Assembly (NCBI GenBank): GCA_047495785.1
Contig: JBLDXI010000074.1
Coordinates: 1,054,001 to 1,118,000 of the forward strand
Direction: 5' to 3'
DNA: 64,000 bases
From: Lepidodermella squamata
Lineage: Eukaryota; Animalia; Gastrotricha
Shown in pieces: positions 48,805-61,315 of this stretch (the stretch's first letter is position 1; every line of letters begins with the position of its first letter). Below the pieces are notes generated by a model that saw only the letters and a list, made by a program, of their open reading frames with translations, did no database searches and was not told where the DNA came from. The translations under genes were made by a program, and so were the position numbers.

Positions 48805-49480
48805 TGCCGTCACATAGAGTCAATTTTTTGTTTCAATTTTTCTTGTCCTTTTTTGCTATTTGCTATATATATAATACACATATAAAACGAGGATGATCAT
48901 GTCGATGATGATGATAACAATAATGATGATCGAATAAAACAATTTTCACGCGTTGTGCTACATGACAAGTTTGACACAATAAAAGCTGCAGTTGATGATG
49001 CGGACGTGAAAATGCGGAATATTAAAGCATTCGCTCATCTGAGTTGAACCAGCGGGATGCAACGTTGTCTAACAGCTGGCGATTTGGCGGCCGGAAATGT
49101 CCCTTACGGTCGTCATCGCCGAAACCGGTCTCACCATGATTGCTGTTACCTACCCATATTTGAAATTCATTCGAGGTTGGGGTTAGGCATGGGTCAGGTC
49201 GTATCAATATCGAACTGATTTCCTAGTTAGCTGCTTCTTGCAGCCGAAACCATATTACTGCCTGCACAAGCCGGCCATACGCAATCCTATTGAGCTCCAG
49301 GGAAACCAGCCGCCATGAAAGCAGAAATCGGCCGCATGCGATGCCGTTTAAAATAAGACGAAGGGCGAGCCGAGTCGAGTAGATCTCAATTATATCGGAT
49401 TCTCATTTGTTGTTTACTTTGTAACCGCAATAATTTTTCGGCCCAAGACCGATACGTGCTCGAACGCGCTCAGGTCCGCA

Positions 49481-49873
49481 CAGAGTTGTCCACGGGCCGA
49501 ATTTTCGGAACCCGGCCCGGCCCGTAAGAACGAATGCGAAAACCCGGCCCGTAGTCACAATTAGCTGTATTTTAACCTGTGAGAAGTTGAATTTTTCAAC
49601 TAAATTTGTACTGGAAAAAGCGCCCAACACTAAGCAATAATAGTTCGATTGTTATATCATTGAATACTGCCATTTGAGGTGAAACCGGACGTGTAGCAGT
49701 GGCATCTAGTTACCTATAGGTTCCGCACCACTGGCGACGGGTCTTCAGAGGCACACATCCTAGCGCGTTGCCGCCAAGCTGTGGAACAGTTCGCATTGCT
49801 TACTGCTAAGATCTCATCCATGTGTGTGGCCAAGACATGGCCGACAGCCGAACCCGGCCCGTGGACAACTCTG
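49481..49873. mobile_element. hAT MITE with 19-bp TIR and 8-bp TSD
   Basis: GGTCCGCA|CAGAGTTGTCCACGGGCCG ... CGGCCCGTGGACAACTCTG|GGTCCGCA. Confidence 0.92.
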
Positions 49874-50004
49874 GGTCCGCACTTGGGCCGTTTCAAATGC
49901 TGCCCGTACGCAATCCGAGGAAATGTCAAAAAATATTGGGAAAATTAAAGGCTCATTTTATTATGGATTGTTGTTCGATAATTTTGCTATGGGGCAAGAT
50001 GTAT

Positions 50005-50572
50005 TCAGATGTGTGCTACAAGATTGACGAGTAGAGCTGAAATCAGCAGAACTATCGCGCCGCTAGCTGACGATGTGTTAGCCGAGTTGCAGAAATCAGT
50101 CGTACAGCAGTAAACTTCAGCCGTGCCCAACAGCCCTGATGCGGAGTTGACCTGATCGCAACTCGACGCACAGCTACGCGTCTCGGCAGTCACTCCAAAC
50201 GTCGACAAGACAATTTTCTGTTGAAAGAAGGACACAACCGTTGATAGTTATCTCTAGAGGCACAGCGAGCTCAACTTTTTTTGAACTCGGGCTATTTTTT
50301 GAAACAAAACTTACGCGACAGAATGTTTCTGTAGTAGCACATTTAGATTTAGGCCCAATCGGCGTTACAGTGGTCGATTGAACCGATGATGAGCTGCTGG
50401 ATGAAAATATTGTCGAGCCCATGCTTGAGACAATGCTCGAACTCATGGATGATGATGATGTCGCTTCTGTCATCGTGCCAGTTGTTGAGTAGCACGACAG
50501 CGCTTCGCTTCCTCCGCAGCAAAAAGCGACGATGAGGAGCAAAAGTGATAACAAAGCAAGGGATGCAGCCAT
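50005..50572 (-). CDS. Ly6/uPAR (three-finger) GPI-anchored protein with Ser/Thr-rich insert; exons 50572-50315, 50217-50005
   Basis: Signal peptide, LSCY start, TRSCASSC, CCTTDFCN end motif, hydrophobic GPI tail; TATATAA at 50669-50663. Confidence 0.85.
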
Positions 50573-53068
50573 TATTTCCGAAGGTTTGAATGATATTGAG
50601 TAAAATCGATGTGATAAATTGCCGAAAGTTGTTTGATGATCTTAAACCGGCCAAACGGCCTGTTATATACCCTTGGAATGCACCCAAGCGTTTGCTGGTG
50701 TTCGCCACGTTTACGGCGTTTCATTAGAAAGATGACGTCAACGGCAACTTCATTATCGCGCAGCCTTGTTTTTGTTACATGGCGAACTCAATCTCGGTGC
50801 ATTCGGTGTAAATTGTTGCCGCTACATATATCTTAGAATCTTTAACCTGGAAATTCAAAAACACTGAGAAAAAAGTTGGAAATACTAAAAATTCGCTAAT
50901 TCAGTTGATTTTTGCAACCCTTCCAAGTGAATTAAAATGAAATCAAATGCTTTCAATTTTCAATGATGGATATCCAGATTCGAAAAATCATGGAAGTCCT
51001 TTACATTTCTCCTCACTTTATGGATCAGTTTTCAACGATGGTATTCAAAATTATATTGTTTTTTTTTAGTTTTTTTCCTCGCAACAGTATGCCCGCTATT
51101 TGCCTGCGGATGGATTAAAAAGCGGTGGCGAGTTTGGTGACCGTATTTTTCAACTTAGCATCAAGGAAAATTTGAAAAAAGTTGAGACACTAGTCAATGA
51201 GACATTGGCCGACACTGGTATTTTTTGTTCGAACGAATCATGAAGCGGATTTACCTGGGTTTCAATTAAACGTCTTCTCAGGTACCAATTTCAAGATGAC
51301 TACAGTTTCAAACGGTGGCAGTATGATTGTTGAAAATTCATGAAGCCAAAATCGAAAGTAATATTCGTTACCAAAAGGGCGAGGAAAAATTCACCAATTT
51401 ACAGTCCGCTGTCAAATTTCACACTGCGAAATTTCCCGGTTTTCCGCCGTGAAAGGATGGTTTATTTTCGAGTTTCAGGTTCGAGTTTTTTTCAACAAAA
51501 TAACTTGCTGTGACGCGTGACGCGTGGTTCAATAATTTTTGTCCGTGCCTATAGTGATTTTTTTCGGATTCACCATCGGTATTTTTACAACAGCCATGGA
51601 AGCCGAAATTGAAATTGAAATTTTTTCTTATACCTAAAGTTAACAGGAAGTTCAAATAAAAAATCGTTTATCGCAAAAGATAGGAAAATTTGGTAATTAT
51701 TCAATATAATCGAAACCTTACAAGTTTTTGAATATTGAATTTGTTGAATGCGCAGTTCTCAATCTAATACTTTCATTCTACCTTTTAACCCCTAAACAGC
51801 GGCAAATTTATTAATAGTCGTCTCTTTTTGCAGGAAAATAATTAGTCTACGTTATGCACGTCGCAAGTCGTCGCTAAAAATAAGCGCGACTTTTGATCGG
51901 TGGCGTGATATCTCAGAATAGCCATCGCTTGCTTTTCTTTCAAAGTTTATTCATATCGCCAGTCACGCTTCCAAAAAAACAACATCTGAGACGGCTCTCT
52001 GTACCACTTCTATGCCGTTTGATTCGTGAATGGATTCTAGTCAACGAAGCGGTATAATATAGGGTGACTGGTGTGGAGATGTTTGTACTAAAAGATGAGA
52101 AAAAACTTGCAGGGACTTATTTTCCAGTGCATCTTTTATTATTTTCATTTTTTTTATCCACGACGGCAGGTGAATAGCCGCAGCAAAAGCGCCGCCAAGG
52201 TAATTTTGGCGACTCGAGTGAATCAACTCGGTCGCAATAAAACACCTTGTTATTACGATACACATCTCCAGAGAAACCTGTCTAGTACTGCGATAATATA
52301 ATATTTCATAATAAAAAACTGCATGCAATTTATCAAACTTTAATTCTTCATTTTTAACTAATTTTCCAGCTCATTTCGTCTAATTTTTTTGAAGAATTTA
52401 TTGCAACTAATAAAAAGCTTGAAAATGACGAGACGTGAGGCGAATGGTTTCAAATTTCAGCCATTGAACAGTCGGAACCATTCTCATTTGGCGCCAACGC
52501 GGCTGGCAGGCGGCTTTCGCTTACGGCGATCGCCTAATTACATCGGCAGCAAGTACAAACGCGAACTGCACCTGTTCGCCGTTCGCTGCGTCCGCCGCCT
52601 CGGCTTCGTCATCGAACGCCTCAGAATCGCATTCATAAAACGCTAATTTTTACATAATATTTTTCTTAATCCTGGTGATTTTTACTGAAAAGCCTGATTA
52701 ACCGAAAATTATTTACTGTTTATTTCTATATGACTGTTTACCGAAGTATTGCTCATTGCGCATTCGATTTTGTTAATGAGTGTAATCAATATTCGCGGCC
52801 TCTCATCTGTATAATTATGAGAGGAGCGTGACCTATGTATTATTATTATTATGACTATATACGCTCGGTGAACCGGCGCGGTATAACACTGCTTTCTGGA
52901 ACTGATATATTTATCATGGGCGAAATGAGTGCATATCGTGTTACAGATGTTGCGTCGCGGCGTAACAGCTCGGGTGTTACACTCGATACACTGTTTGCAC
53001 ACACACTGGAGAGCTGCTCTTCGCCGGTTAATCGCCTACTCATTTCGAGCCAGCTCATCGCCAAGACT

Positions 53069-54507
53069 ATGCCCAATTCAGGTAAGAAGCATTTTGTGAT
53101 TAAATTTTAACATCTTACCATTGAATTATAGAATTTTTAAAGATTTTTGTGAGTATTGAAATTTTATTTTATTTGAATTTCCTCATTTTTGCCAATTTTA
53201 TGAATTATTTTCAATCGTTTTATTTTGGAAAAATCTTACGCCGGTACCAAATTTCATTTAATTCAATAATTAAACATTTTATTCGTTATTCCGTGGTCAG
53301 ACTTTTCAGCAGTGACACTTCAGCAAATGAGGGTCAAATCATCAGTGACTTTTCATCAGTGACACTTTGTCAGCAAAAAATTCATAAAAATCAAATATTA
53401 GTACTAATTTCACTAATCCTTGAAGACAAGTGAGCAGTGACATTGCAGCAGCGACAAAATATCAGTGACTATTGAGCAGTGACTTTTCATCAGTGACAAA
53501 TGAGCAAGTGACACTTCATCAATTTTTATTTATTAATCTTGAGCACTGAACTTGCACATTTTGAGCTCAACTTCAATGTAGCGCATAGTCCCCCTGCTTA
53601 ATGAGGCTAGAATTCTCCTGATGAAATGTCTCCGCTGAAATGTCACTGCGCAAATGTCATTGAGATAAAAATAATAAATTTGAGAAAATATAGGAAAAAT
53701 TAAAAAAAAATCACTGCTGACTTGTCACTGATGATTTGTCACTGCGCAAATGTCGCAGCTCAAATGTCACTGCTCATTTGTCACTGATGAAAAGTCACTG
53801 CTGATTTGACCCTCATTTGCTGAAATGTCACTGCTGAAAAGTCGTACAACCCGTTATTTAACTGGTTAGGGTTAGGGTTAGGGTTAGGGTTAGGTTAGGG
53901 TTGCGTTAGGGTTGAAGAAGGCTGGGTCTTAAAATTTGGGTTTTGGAACTAATTAGAATAATTTGGTAATGAATTCAATAATTTGGTAATGATTTCACTA
54001 TATCCCATTTATTTTATTTTCGCAGTATTTGTGATCGCTTATTGCCTGGTGTTATTGATTCTGTTGGCATCTTCAACCGTCAAATGCAACCCAGTGGCTC
54101 ACGGCGCTACTGTTCGATGCGATTCAACGGAGCGTGACGTGACAATGTCAGCCGAGGATATCAATTTCGAGGAGCAAAATCCACTCAACCGGAACCGCCG
54201 GCACATTGGCCAGTATGGACCACCCTACTACAACCCGGCTTTCCAGGGTGGCTACCCGGCCTACGGCTCACTGCCCATCGGCCTCAACAACGCGTACGAC
54301 TACAACCTGGTCCGCAGGCGGAGGAGTGAAGTCCAAGCCAGTGTCAAGTTGGAACCGTTGGCTAAGGATGAGACGACAACGCCGTTTTTGCCGGTCACGG
54401 AGACTGAGCATGTCCACCACCATGTTTGTCTTCATCGCCTCATCGAGTCGCACCACCCGTCGACAAAGGAACCGGACTCGGGCGAGGATAAGGACGATAA
54501 GTTGTAA
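53069..54507 (+). CDS. Secreted pro-peptide precursor with furin sites; exons 53069-53081, 54026-54507
   Basis: Splicing creates signal peptide MPNSVFVIAYCLVLLILLASSTVKC; RNRR and RRRR flank a Y/G/P-rich peptide. Confidence 0.7.
53291..53853. mobile_element. Foldback-like non-autonomous element built of CAGTGAC repeats
   Basis: ~65-bp IR (53300-53364 vs ~53779-53843); CAGTGAC units on the left, GTCACTG units on the right; TTATT on both flanks. Confidence 0.75.
53864..53913 (+). repeat. Interstitial (TTAGGG)n telomere-like tract
   Basis: About 8 units, some degenerate. Confidence 0.85.
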
Positions 54508-56636
54508 CAGCCAGGTGTTCTAAGAATCAATCTACATGAAATCCAGAGTTTAGTCTTTGATTTCATGCTTTGCTGTTGAAATTTGTTGTTGCCTCTTTTT
54601 TTGCTCATCGCATCTTCTAAAATAAAGCTGAGAAGTACTCTGACAATTCAATGAAGAGTCCTAATTGTTAACAAATTGGAACCATTGTTTACATACTAAT
54701 TGTTAAAACACAATCTCAACAGGAAAATTCCGCCGAAACAATGGAAACCAGTTAAATAGGTCACCGCATTGTTCCACGCAGAAAGAGTCCAAGACAAAAG
54801 ACTTGCACCGAACAGCAATTATCTGTTCTGAATCAGGAATCTAACTTCTTTGTTTTCGAGCTGGTTAGCTTTGTCGCCAAACTGCATTACCCCGAATTCA
54901 GAAGTAAACAAGTCGTATTCACTTGAAAAGACGACGCCCTCATCATCTTAGCCAAGTTTTCCAGCCGCACTGTTAGGAAGTTTCATCTGTATTTCAAATT
55001 ATATTTACAGACTTTTCAAGGATTAAAAAGATTTCAGCTCGAAGTAACCAGTGAACAGCCAACAAAACCATGCGGATGTTATTCGGCTCGGCTGACCAAA
55101 ACAAGGTCCTGACTGACCTGAAATCTGCGATGCCGGAAATTACCGCAAACACTGGAAAGAACGTTAAGCTTTCAACAAACAGCAAACAGAATAGTGCTGT
55201 CTGCAGGTGCTACGTCTCAGGGTTCCTGTTGGATTTCGGCACCTCGAAAGATTCGCAGGTTCAATAGGTCATTATTATCAGTTACCAGCCCAGAGGGATG
55301 CGCCATTGTCGAGTCGGAATCGCCAACTGCAGAAATGAAAGCATCGGACCTCTGATGTTGACTCCCATCTGTAAAGTTACGTCTGGATTCCTTCTTTCTA
55401 GTTCAGTCCTTCCCAGAAGAGAAGCTGGCTGCACCTGCGGAGGGAATTCCTCCAGAAGACCATGGACGGAAAAAGACAACACGACAACTTGTTCGCTGCG
55501 AAGATACTCGCTGGAAATATCTAAGACAGCACCCTTATCGATCTCTTATTCAATACCATATTTCCACCGCGTTGCACTTTGGAGAGTCAAGGATTTACAT
55601 CATCATGTTGAGCCCTTAACAGCTTACCAAGGTCATTTTTCGCAAGTTCGGCTTGTGTTGCAGAGCAATTTCGCGGCTGATCTGAAACCTGTCATGCCAA
55701 GTTTCATCGCAAACTTCAACAAGCAAACAAGCAACATTCGCAGATTGAGTTCCATCCTTCCAGGTCGGAGTTAAATCCGATCGGGATGCAACACATTGCT
55801 GAAGGATTCCTAACAACTCGTGGAACCTTCGCAGATTTGGAACGTAGGACGTAGGTCCCCGTAAATCTACCGTTCAGCTATCAGTATTCTGCCCTTTCTT
55901 GGCTTCGAACTTCGAACTTTTTGGTTTGAACAGCCAAAAGGTTTTGAATAATTATTTCCCTTATCTAAACCAGCAGCAAACAACGACACCAAAAAGATAC
56001 TCGGCGTTTCGCCACGATTACGGGCCACTCGAGTCGCCGGCAAAACCTGCTTTGACTTGCATCTTGCATCGCCGGCGCCGACTCTCTGCCGCACAAGTTC
56101 GCCACCCCACGTCGTCATGCACGGCTACAGTATCAGCTTCCCAGACAACAGACAAGTCATCCGGCACAGGGGCAATGAGCATACCGACCTGGTATCCCTC
56201 CTGTTTTCTTGATTCATCACATGCCTAGTCAAGCGTGGCCATTTTAACATAATAGCCAATTTTCGAAATGCCACTGTGTACTCGTTTTTCTGAAACACGA
56301 GATGTCTTATAAAATCAAATTTGACCACACAGCGGGTCGACACACAATGGGATCAATTATATATTGTTTACAGTTAATCTTCGTGCGTTAGATCCACGTC
56401 ATCACTGAGAAATTCGAACCCCTGTAGCAAAGTGGAGCTCATCAACATAAAATTGGGAGATAATAATGCCGCGCAAACACGTATGACCACTTGAGCACTC
56501 TAAATGTTCTCTAACGTTTTTTGTGGGTGAAACTTCCAGTTCAAGTCATTGTCAACATCACAATCAAAACGAAGCCAAAACGCAACTAAGCCGTCAGTTA
56601 TTTTTTAAACTAAATACATTTATCTGCTGCTAAACA

Positions 56637-57498
56637 ATGGCTTTCTTTAAGTACTTGGCCGTAGTCGTTGCAGCCATGGCGGCCGTCGACGCTTGCCCGG
56701 CGTCGACCACATCTACACCCTGCCCAACCACTCCTTCGGGCTCCTCAACTTGCACGTCCGGAAACACATGCGTCACGTCTGCTCAGGCGTGCACCGACTC
56801 GACAAAGAGCTGCCTGACCACGATCACGTACCAGCTGTGCGTCATCGCGACGACGCAGGGCGGCATCTTAATTGCGACTGAGGGCTTAAATTACTGCCTC
56901 GCAAGCGGAGCCACATGCACGGCAGCCCTCACCACTGGTTCAGCGGTAAGTCTGCCTTGTAGTCTCATTAAATTTATCAAGATTTCCGAAATATCTGAAA
57001 CAGCAAAAAGTAGCAGCACAGAACAGCTTCACGACTTTCAGCGACTGCTGCGCTGCGACGACGACCACGGCGGCGAACATCCGCTACGAGTACATCCCAC
57101 TCACCTCACCGACGAACCCGACTTTGGCATGCATCGGGGCGTTCGACACCACGCCGTACAAGGTCGCCACGCCCGCGTCCCCGGTAAACAACAAGCAGGG
57201 CTACTGCACTCGATTTCCACACACGTCTTCTGGCACTGACGCTATCATGAGCGGCACTACCATGGTAAGCATGAGTAGCTTCATTTTATAGAATCGACCC
57301 TCTATGGCCTATCTATCCTCTGCTTAGTTTACTTCCGCACCAGCCAACACTTACCGATACACTTCGTTCGCCGCGTGCTGCGCCAGCATCTTCGGCGGCG
57401 CCAACAGTGTGTCGCCGTTCCTCGCCAACCTCAACACGTGGGGCTCCGTTTCTGCCTACGGCCTCACCCTCGAGAAGTGCATCGCCACATCCCAGTAA
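56637..57498 (+). CDS. Secreted Cys/Thr/Ala-rich protein, copy A; exons 56637-56945, 57004-57264, 57328-57498
   Basis: Signal peptide; phase-0 introns give an open frame ending LEKCIATSQ*; paralogue at 60450. Confidence 0.85.
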
Positions 57499-58479
57499 AT
57501 TGCACAGATTACGGGGAATACCGAGAGGCTTGCGTCATGCCTTAGTCCTCCCCGCGATTTGGCCCTCAGATGAGATTTCATGCGCAGCTCAATGGCATTT
57601 GGCCGAAGTGGAAATTACTGCTCTGGTATCTGGTATTGGAACGTGTTCTGTTTAATTTCGAAATCTCATCAGGATACGTGTCTTATGCGTGATAGTCATA
57701 AAGCAAGAAGATTATTGTCAGTCATGATGAAAGCTAATCTTTCTCCGCAAAAAGCTGTTCGTTATAAAAAATGCACAATGTTTTGGTATTTTATGGTTTT
57801 ATTGTTAAAAAACAGAAAAGCCGCTGCAATAAATTAAGGGCTCATGCCGCTAACATCACTAGAAATGTTCAGATTACTTAATATGATAATCAATTCGATT
57901 CGCAAAAGCAGAGCTGGAAAACCTGCAGGGTTTCCTACGCACCGATTTTGTAATTTCCTACTAAACTACCATTTCCTCCAATTTTTGACTGTGTTCTTAG
58001 CCAAAATTGCCAACTTTTCTCAAAATTTCCTACGCACCTGGTGCGTCATTTCTGCAAGTTTTCCAGCTCTGCGCAAAAGCACGCACAATCATCCGAAACG
58101 AACCGTTTCCCGTCGAGCAGATCACCATTAAAATGTAGAAATACGTATCGCTATATAACTACGTCTCAATTTTCCTGTTTCGTAGCAAGCGAGTGACCTA
58201 TCTTCAGCCATATTAGGAGTAGAACCCCATTGATTTACAAGAAAACTGAGGTAGATATTAGCACTTTCATCTCGATTCAGTCTTTGCTTTCTTTTGACCA
58301 ATAACAGTCTGATGCGAAGCCACTGCACGGCGAGAAGATTGCAGAGGATATCCATGGAGGTTGAGAGAAAACGATTTCGACATCAGATTCACAGCCTTCA
58401 TCGCGTTGGCTCGACGGGGTCAAATAGATTTATCGAAATAAAATAAAACGGGTTTATAAAAACCATTTGAAATTACTAA

Positions 58480-58738
58480 CGGATGTTCGATGCCGTGGTC
58501 GTAGTCGCAGCGCAGCAGTCACTGAACGCCGTGTAGCTGTTAGGAGTGGTTGTTTGTTGCTGTTTTTACAGGTATGGGGATAGTGAATTATTTCAGTGAT
58601 GACTGAGAAATCGACTTACCGCTGAACCAGTGGTGAGGGCCGCCGTGCACGTGGCGCCGCTGGCGAGGCAGTACTTGACGTTGCTCTGTGTGATGCCGGT
58701 GCCGCCCTGTGTCGTCGCGATGACGCACAGCTGGTACG
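58480..58738 (-). pseudogene. Inverted internal fragment of Cys/Thr-rich gene (copy C)
   Basis: Reverse complement of 60640-60898 including intron 1, about 5 mismatches in 259 nt; no start codon or 3' exons. Confidence 0.9.
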
Positions 58739-60449
58739 CCATTATAGGTATCGGCGCAAATTCCTAAACACAGGCTTATAAAATGTAGGGAGCCCGTCTA
58801 AAAACGCTGGGTAGACGGTGGGCTTATGCAAGAAGGGTGAGCCAAGTAAAAGAGATACCCGCAACCCGCAGTTCAAGTTTTACGCGCTTTCCTTCCCCAG
58901 CAATCATCTATCGCAATGAAGAATCATCCAATTAAGGCCTCTGGTTTGATCTCGCGATCCTTATAGCGAGTTACAAATCCATTTGAGAGCGACGAACCCG
59001 TGCCTTTGTCATGATCTGCTTACCTACTAATTTTAGGGTGCTCCAGGGTGCAAACTAAGTGGGCGAACTAAGTTGGTTATGTTTTGAACAGTTTAAGACT
59101 AAATCTGCGGGAATTTTCGCGGGTATTTGGTGAGAAATCAATTTTGTTGGCGAAAGTACCTAAATTGACGGTGGTTTCAGTTTCGCTGGCAAAAGCCCTA
59201 TACTTTGATGGTGAAATTGTATTTCTCCGGTTTAATGGCGAGTCCCAAATTTGACGGTGAAAACCCTAAAATTGTTGATAGACAGCGTTTTCCCTTGAAA
59301 AGTTGAAATCAGCAATCAAAGCGAGAAATGTTATACATAATTTGGTTACCACTGCATTATCAACACTAAATAATCAACAAATAGCAGCAATTGTTCTTGT
59401 TATTTGTAGGTCATTATTGTGTACCTTCTGAGTAGACAAAGCCAGTAAAAGAAAAGTCTGCTTTATCCATAAGATGAGAGAGAATCAAGACCAAATAACA
59501 ATGGAAACTGATTAAATAGGTCACAGCATTGTTTCCGCCTGAAAGAATTGGACGCTCGAATTTCAATGTCGTATATTTTTGCGATTTACCATTCGTGGTA
59601 TGCCTAGCTGCAATCACACAATCAAACAGTTGGGCAAGGCGAAACACAAGCCATATCGATTCGGTATCGACATTTTTTTTAAATAGGAACCTGATAGGGT
59701 GAGTGTTCTGGCGGGATGTACGGCGCTGGAGATCGTCTTCGATAGAACGACTGTCCAGATTTACTCAATGGAAACTCGGTCATCTCTGACATGTCACGTC
59801 TAAAATTCTAAGAAGTACCGTATTCACTTGTAACACTTTTATGCCTGATTTTGATCATCTTCTAGCTTGGCAAAATCCTTTGGAAAGTATAGCTGAATCT
59901 CCAGCGGTGAAAGTTGGACCCATAATCTAAGCAGCGCTCAGCAAGCATTTGATTTATCGAAGCTAGGTTGCTTATCTAACATTCGATGACCTGATTGATG
60001 GCCTGACAGTGGCAACTGCTAGCAGTTCGGGGACTCCAAGCGGCCAATACACGTCCTAGAGCATTTCGTGGAAAAAGCTGGTCAAAAATGTCGTGTCTGG
60101 TTTCTGGTTGGCCTTCGAACGTGCCGTATCCCTTGGAATAAATTATGATGCCAACATGACCAACCAATGACCCAATTCAAGGTTTCGGGAAATCACTGAC
60201 TGCAATGCAGAGATGGACGCATGAAAGCTTTTGCTACGAATTACGGAGCGTCCTTCATTCAGCGTGAAAACTGCGGCTGCTCTCGTAGATCTTCGACTCA
60301 ACACTGTCCCGTGAATTCAGCAGTTCTGCATCTGGAGCGAGATGGCGGCAGACATGCTCAGATTCAGGTATAAGGCTGCCTCTGACAGGCAACCAAGTCA
60401 TCTATTCACTTTCTCTAACACTTTAGATAACACCTGATCTGTCGAAAGG

Positions 60450-61315
60450 ATGGCATTCCTCAAGTACATGGCTGTGCTCGCCGTCGCATTTGCGGCCGTC
60501 GATGCGTGCCCTGCGTCGACAACCTCCACGCCATGCCCAACCACTGCTTCGGGTTCAACAACTTGCACGTCCGGAAACACATGCGTCACGTCTGCTCAGG
60601 CGTGCACCGACTCGACAAAGAGCTGCCTGACCACGATCACGTACCAGCTGTGCGTCATCGCGACGACGCAGGGCGGCACCGGCATCACACAGAGCAACGT
60701 CAAGTACTGCCTCGCCAGCGGCGCCACGTGCACGGCGGCCCTCACCACTGGTTCAGCGGTATGTCGATTTCTCAGTCATCACTGAAATAATTCACTATCC
60801 CCATACCTGTAAAAACAGCAACAAACAACCACTCCTAACAGCTACACGGCGTTCAGTGACTGCTGCGCTGCGACGACGACCACGGCGGCGAACATCCGCT
60901 ACGAGTACATCCCACTCACCTCGCCGACGAACCCGACTCTGGCGTGCATCGCCGGCCCCGACGCCCTGCCGTACAAGGTCGCCACCCCCGCATCGCCGGC
61001 CAACACCAAGCAGGGCTACTGCACCCGCTTCCCATACACGTCTTCTGGCACTGATGCCCTCATCACCGGCACCACTCTGGTAAGGAAAGAAATGTCTCTT
61101 TATTAGGGCTCGATCTAATATATCTGTTCCCATAATATGTATAGTTCACTGCCGCCCCAGCCAACACGTACACCTACACATCGTTCGCCACTTGCTGCGC
61201 TGGCATCTTCGGCGGCACCAACGCCGCCTCGCCGTCTGTCGCCAACGTCAACACGTGGGGCTCCGTTTCCGCCTACGGCCTCACCCTCGAGAAGTGCATC
61301 TCCACCACCCAGTAA
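60450..61315 (+). CDS. Secreted Cys/Thr/Ala-rich protein, copy B; exons 60450-60758, 60819-61079, 61145-61315
   Basis: Same exon structure as copy A; ends LEKCISTTQ*. Confidence 0.85.

Noticed and set aside
53300-53845. CRISPR-like array
   Set aside because: Eukaryotic context, short irregular repeats in inverted arrangement, no unique spacers or cas genes.
55280-56230. Several ORFs of 60-160 aa
   Set aside because: No motifs or splice structure; probably decayed retroelement.
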